IMG/VR virus record: IMGVR_UViG_3300032223_001420
Span: 22,491 to 86,490 of that record
Strand: one strand, 5' to 3'
Source of the DNA: a virus
DNA: 64,000 bases
Below the pieces are notes generated by a model, which was given only the letters and a program-made list of their open reading frames with translations, was not told the DNA's origin and did no database searches. The position numbers and the translations under genes were made by a program. Shown one piece after another: positions 59,762 to 64,000 of this stretch (within the stretch, counting starts at the first letter, position 1; each line of letters starts with the position of its first letter).

Positions 59762-61105
59762 ATGTATTTGTCTGAACAAAATCAAGAAAAATGGGGTGCA
59801 GTTCTAGATCATCCTGATCTGCCAGCCATTAAAGACCCATATCGTCGTGCTGTTACAACCGTCATTCTAGAGAATCAATTGAATGAAATGCGTAAAGAAG
59901 CAGGCATTCTGCACGAAGCAGGTTCGCCAACTAACTTTGCTGGTACAGGTGGTTTCGGTGGCGGTGCTGCTGCTGCTGGTCCTGTAGCCGGTTTCGACCC
60001 AATTCTTATCAGCTTGGTTCGTCGTTCGTTGCCTAACCTGATCGCTTATGACGTTTGCGGCGTTCAACCAATGACTGGTCCTACTGGTCTGATTTTCGCA
60101 ATGCGTACTAAGTACGACACACAAGGTGGTACTGAAGCATTCTACAACGAAGCTAACACAGCATTCTCTGGTGCTAACGGTGCTATCGTTGCATCAAGCA
60201 TGACTATCGCTGGTAACACAACCGACTATCTGTTTACAGGTAACGCTGCTCCAACTCAAGCAATGACTACTGGTTCTGCTGAAGCCTTGGGCGATGGCGC
60301 TGCTGGTAACACCTTCCAACAGATGGCATTCTCGATTGAGAAAGTTACTGTTACAGCACGTACACGTGCATTGAAAGCAGAATACTCGATGGAATTGGCA
60401 CAAGACTTGAAAGCAGTTCATGGTCTTGACGCTGAAACTGAATTGGCAAACATCTTGTCTGCTGAGATTCTTGCTGAAATCAACCGTGAAGTTATTCGTA
60501 CAATCTACAAAGTAGCTAAGCCTGGCGCACAAGCTGGTACAACTACTGCTGGTACTTTCAACCTTGATACTGACTCGAATGGTCGTTGGATGGTTGAAAA
60601 GATCAAAGGTCTTGCATTCCAAATCGAGCGTGAAGCTAACCAAATCGCTAAATTGACTCGTCGTGGTAAAGGTAATATCATGCTTTGCTCTTCAGATGTT
60701 GCATCTGCATTGGCAATGGCTGGTATCCTTGACTATCAATCAGCCCTGCAAGGTCAAGTTAATCTGACAGTTGATGACACTGGCAATACATTTGCTGGTA
60801 CAATCTTCGGTCGTATCAAAGTTTACATCGATCCATACTTCCCAACTGGCTCAACTTCTGAGTTCGCTGTTGTTGGTTACAAAGGTACAAATGCATATGA
60901 CGCAGGTATTTTCTACTGCCCATACGTTCCTCTGCAAATGGTTCGTGCTGTTGATACTGGTACTTTCCAACCTAAGATCGGCTTCAAGACACGTTTCGGT
61001 CTAGTTGGTAACCCATTCGCAAACGGCACTACTGCTGATCTTGGCTCACTGAATACACAAGCTAATAACTACTATCGTGGATTCCGTATCGCTAACATCA
61101 TGTAA
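59762..61105 (+). CDS. gp23: Major capsid protein
   Basis: GVQPMTGPTGLIFAMR, RALKAEYSMELAQDLKAVHGLDAETEL, FYCPYVPL, FQPKIGFKTR. Confidence 0.98.
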   Translation: MYLSEQNQEKWGAVLDHPDLPAIKDPYRRAVTTVILENQLNEMRKEAGILHEAGSPTNFAGTGGFGGGAAAAGPVAGFDPILISLVRRSLPNLIAYDVCGVQPMTGPTGLIFAMRTKYDTQGGTEAFYNEANTAFSGANGAIVASSMTIAGNTTDYLFTGNAAPTQAMTTGSAEALGDGAAGNTFQQMAFSIEKVTVTARTRALKAEYSMELAQDLKAVHGLDAETELANILSAEILAEINREVIRTIYKVAKPGAQAGTTTAGTFNLDTDSNGRWMVEKIKGLAFQIEREANQIAKLTRRGKGNIMLCSSDVASALAMAGILDYQSALQGQVNLTVDDTGNTFAGTIFGRIKVYIDPYFPTGSTSEFAVVGYKGTNAYDAGIFYCPYVPLQMVRAVDTGTFQPKIGFKTRFGLVGNPFANGTTADLGSLNTQANNYYRGFRIANIM

Positions 61106-61131
61106 TTAAAACCACCACTAAGAGTGGGTTT

Positions 61132-61161
61132 AAAGAGAGTCCTTCGGGGCTCTCTTTTTTT
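61132..61161 (+). terminator. Rho-independent terminator after gp23 (C(UUCG)G loop)
   Basis: aaagagagtcc-ttcg-gggctctcttttttt. Confidence 0.85.
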
Positions 61162-61165
61162 ATGC

Positions 61166-61172
61166 ATAAATA
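61166..61172 (+). promoter_or_regulatory. Late promoter (ATAAATA) for gp3
   Basis: 5 nt before the ATG at 61178. Confidence 0.6.
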
Positions 61173-61177
61173 AACGT

Positions 61178-61717
61178 ATGACAATTCTCAACAGAAATCC
61201 ATCCAATCCAAACATGTTGCAACCGAATAAGTTCACGCTGAACTTGTCGAGGGCACCTAATCTGCAATACTTTTGTCAGACAGTAACACTGCCAGGTCTT
61301 TCTACATCCGAGATACCGATCAACAACCCATTCGTTGAACTATATGCTCCAGGTGAGAAAGCAATCTATGACACACTGAATGTCACATTCTTAGTTGATC
61401 AAGAGATGAAAGGTTGGTTAGAAATACATGATTGGCTTCGTGGTATGACATTCCCAACATCGTTTGAAGAGTATGTCAAACTTGGGCAACAAAACAGATT
61501 TACTTCAGCCGCAGCATCGAAGACACCGCAGTATTCTGATGGTTCAGTGACGATTCTTTCTGCTTCAAACAAACCTTATTTTAAAATAAACTTCGTAAAC
61601 TTATTCCCGATTGCTTTGGGTGGGTTTATGATGTCTGCTACAGATACACCAGAGACTATTATTACCTCTGATGCTACATTTAGATTTACCTATTTTAATG
61701 TTGAAAAATTGATATAA
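61178..61717 (+). CDS. gp3: Tail tube terminator / tail completion protein
   Basis: True start likely ATG 61178 (the longer ORF call overlaps the terminator); N.LQPNKF...YFCQTVTLPG...FLVD....W.EI..W...F..LFP..L. Confidence 0.85.
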   Translation: MTILNRNPSNPNMLQPNKFTLNLSRAPNLQYFCQTVTLPGLSTSEIPINNPFVELYAPGEKAIYDTLNVTFLVDQEMKGWLEIHDWLRGMTFPTSFEEYVKLGQQNRFTSAAASKTPQYSDGSVTILSASNKPYFKINFVNLFPIALGGFMMSATDTPETIITSDATFRFTYFNVEKLI

Positions 61718-61729
61718 ATGTGATATACT
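61701..61729 (+). promoter_or_regulatory. Sigma70-type (early/middle) promoter for uvsY
   Basis: TTGAAA-N17-TATACT with extended -10 TGn; followed by AGGAGG RBS. Confidence 0.6.
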
Positions 61730-61747
61730 CCTAACAGGAGGTAAATT

Positions 61748-62182
61748 ATGAGTAAACTTGATGATGTATTAAAGATGTGGGCAGACGATTCAAACATAGA
61801 TCGTACAGAGCCAGGTAAAGCACTAATAGATATTCCCAAACTTCACAGTAAGTATCTTAACATTCTATCACAACATAGACTGTTGGTGAAAGATGCTGAG
61901 TTCAAATATAACCGTATGAAGAAACTCAAGTGGGAATATTACACAGGTAAGTTAGATGATGATGACTTGAAGAAACATGGTTGGGAACCATTTCCATTTA
62001 CACTCAAATCCGACATTACTACATACTTAGATGCAGACGAAGATATCAATAAGTATCTTGCATCTAAAATGCTGCATGAAGAAGTTGTTGAAGTGTGTAA
62101 TGCTATATTAAAAGAACTTAACAATCGTACATGGGAGTTAAGGTCTTTCATCGATTGGGAAAAATTTATTCAAGGTGTATAA
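61748..62182 (+). CDS. uvsY: Recombination mediator
   Basis: W..DS.ID, IPKLHSKYL, KWEYYTGK, YLDADED, I.WEKF..G. Confidence 0.9.
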   Translation: MSKLDDVLKMWADDSNIDRTEPGKALIDIPKLHSKYLNILSQHRLLVKDAEFKYNRMKKLKWEYYTGKLDDDDLKKHGWEPFPFTLKSDITTYLDADEDINKYLASKMLHEEVVEVCNAILKELNNRTWELRSFIDWEKFIQGV

Positions 62183-62610
62183 TGCGAATTGATCCGAGTA
62201 AAGACTTAATACAACATCACAGTAAAGAATACCCAATGGAAGTTGGTGCTCCAGTCTTTGCTCCGGTTGCGGTAAAAGAAGAGAAAGATAAAAGTTTGAA
62301 TGTAGCAAAACTACATGCCAAACAAGAGTATGAACGCATCATGGAACAAGTTGACGTTCTACGCAAACAAGCTGAATCGTTGATGCGTAGATTAGATGTC
62401 ACTCACATTGTTCATGAATCTGATTGCAGTTTCAATCCAGGTTTCAATCAAACATATTACATTTATTTCAGTAACATACGAAATAAGAATGTGGTTATGT
62501 GTACTCATCCAGATCAATGGTGCATAGGTGGTATCCCAGAACATTTAAATTTTATTGTTGCTATTCGAAAGAAAGGTGATAGCACATGGGAAGAAGTTTT
62601 GGATGAATGA
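62182..62610 (+). CDS. DUF2452-like hypothetical protein
   Basis: ATG 62182 (TAATG overlap); YPMEVGAP.F.P...I.EQ...L.KQA...F.P....YY.Y...DSTWE. Confidence 0.55.
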   Translation: MRIDPSKDLIQHHSKEYPMEVGAPVFAPVAVKEEKDKSLNVAKLHAKQEYERIMEQVDVLRKQAESLMRRLDVTHIVHESDCSFNPGFNQTYYIYFSNIRNKNVVMCTHPDQWCIGGIPEHLNFIVAIRKKGDSTWEEVLDE

Positions 62611-64000
62611 TTTAGTTCTCTATAAACAGAATGAAGCATTTATTCGTTTTGCATGTGAGAAAAGTGTTGCTCAAGAGTTAGCAGATTATTTTACGTTTTA
62701 TGTTCCTGGCTATCAATTTATGCCAGCATACAAGAATCGGTTATGGGATGGTAAGATACGATTAGCTGATTTACGTTCGTTCACAATATATCATGGTCTT
62801 GTTCCATACATAGAAAAATTTTGTACCGAAAGAAATTACAAGTTAGAGATTGACACAGTAATCAATTCTACTACAGATTTCTCTCTTATAGAGGCAAAAG
62901 AATTCGTTGATACGTTAAAACTGCCTCATGAAGTTCGTGACTATCAATTAAAAGCATTTGTTCAAGCAATACGAACTAAGCGAATGCTTTTACTATCACC
63001 GACAGCATCAGGTAAATCGTTAATTCAATATCTGATTCTACGATACATTCAAAAACAAAAACACAAAAAAGGTTTGCTGATTGTTCCTACCACATCATTG
63101 GTAGAACAGATGTATAAAGACTTTGCAGATTATGGTTATGATTCAGAGAAATACTGTCATCGTCAATACTCAGGTAAAGACAAAGTAACCGATAAGTTAT
63201 TGACGATTACAACTTGGCAGTCTATCTACAAGAATCCACCAGAATACTTTGAACAGTTTGATTTTGTTCTTGGTGATGAAGCACATCAATTCAAAGCAAA
63301 GTCATTGACAACTATCATGACTGGTCTGACTAAAGCAAAATACAGAATTGGTTGTACAGGTACAATTGATGGTACGAATACACATCGATTAGTATTAGAA
63401 GGTTTGTTTGGACCGCTTTATCAATCTACCACAACTGCTGAACTGATTGAGAAGAAACAATTAGCAGACTTTAAAATTAAAGCGTTGATACTAAAGTATC
63501 CAGAAGACGTTTGTAAGTTAGCACGTGGCTGGGACTATCAAAATGAGATAGAATATATAGTAAAGAACGGCTACCGCAACGACTTTATTCGTAATCTTGT
63601 TTTGTCTTTAGAAGGCAACTCACTTGTATTATTTAACTTGGTAGAAAAACATGGTAAAATACTTCATAAACTTATTGAAGAGGAAGCTGGTAATCGCCAC
63701 GTTTTCTTTGTGTATGGTGGAACTGACGTTGAAGTCCGTGAGCAAGTCCGTGAGATCACAGAAAAACAAAATGATGCAATCATCGTTGCTTCCTATGGTA
63801 CTTTTTCCACTGGTATTAATATACGTAATCTTCATAATGTTGTTTTTGCCTCCCCTTCTAAGTCAAGAGTACGCAATTTACAATCGATAGGTAGAGGATT
63901 AAGAATAGGCGAAAATAAAACTGAAGCTGTTTTATATGACATTGTAGACGATTTTCGTATCGGTAAATTTGCCAATTTCACCTTGAAACATTTTGCCGAA
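62603..64000 (+). CDS. uvsW: UvsW SF2 DNA helicase (partial, runs off the window)
   Basis: Manual translation MNDLVLYKQNEAF...FTFYVPGYQFMPAYKNRLWDGKIRL...RDYQ...SPTASGKS...GDEAH...QSIGRGLR. Confidence 0.95.
   Translation, partial: MNDLVLYKQNEAFIRFACEKSVAQELADYFTFYVPGYQFMPAYKNRLWDGKIRLADLRSFTIYHGLVPYIEKFCTERNYKLEIDTVINSTTDFSLIEAKEFVDTLKLPHEVRDYQLKAFVQAIRTKRMLLLSPTASGKSLIQYLILRYIQKQKHKKGLLIVPTTSLVEQMYKDFADYGYDSEKYCHRQYSGKDKVTDKLLTITTWQSIYKNPPEYFEQFDFVLGDEAHQFKAKSLTTIMTGLTKAKYRIGCTGTIDGTNTHRLVLEGLFGPLYQSTTTAELIEKKQLADFKIKALILKYPEDVCKLARGWDYQNEIEYIVKNGYRNDFIRNLVLSLEGNSLVLFNLVEKHGKILHKLIEEEAGNRHVFFVYGGTDVEVREQVREITEKQNDAIIVASYGTFSTGINIRNLHNVVFASPSKSRVRNLQSIGRGLRIGENKTEAVLYDIVDDFRIGKFANFTLKHFAE

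Noticed and set aside
50635-61105. Introns, inteins or homing endonucleases in gp17, gp20 or gp23
   Set aside because: The ORFs are continuous and of ordinary length, with no intein or endonuclease motifs seen.
61124-61177. N-terminal extension of gp3 in the ORF track
   Set aside because: It overlaps the gp23 terminator and the late promoter motif; ATG 61178 is the more plausible start.
1-64000. tRNA, rRNA or structured ncRNA genes
   Set aside because: Intergenic gaps are nearly all under about 90 nt and are accounted for by promoters, RBSs and terminators; no cloverleaf was seen.

Overview
This window is the virion morphogenesis module of a large, AT-rich, lytic T4-like myophage. Gene order resembles the aquatic cyanophage/pelagiphage-type T4-likes: gp23 runs straight into gp3-uvsY-uvsW, and no gp24, gp9-12 or wac is recognisable. 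The minus-strand block (1-7653) holds three paralogous tape-measure/gp29-like genes (one with a GH24 lysozyme domain), a gp26/gp51-like pair, a gp54-like gene, gp2 and gp4. The plus-strand block holds the baseplate (gp48, 53, hub, 5, PAAR, 25, 6, 7, 8), a VrlC/DUF4815-like giant protein, and an ~18 kb fibre/adhesin region (small adaptors, three triple-domain glycine-rich proteins, an Ala-Asn heptad fibre). It continues with neck, terminase (a Dps gene sits between gp16 and gp17), sheath, tube, portal, prohead core/protease/scaffold, major capsid, gp3, uvsY and a partial uvsW. The most notable observations are: (1) a T TTT TTC -1 slippery site linking gp26 to the gp51-like ORF directly upstream of the tape-measure-like genes, i.e. 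a lambda G/GT-like chaperone frameshift; (2) a three-paralogue tape measure set; (3) a repeated linker / ~110-aa adaptor / adhesin docking grammar; (4) nine glycine-rich domains, two of which share an identical 45-bp tract; (5) a virion-wide (A/S/G)-Asn motif bias suggesting Asn modification; (6) a Dps with its own late-promoter motif. All family assignments come from motif recognition and synteny, not database searches. The host is not determinable from this window.
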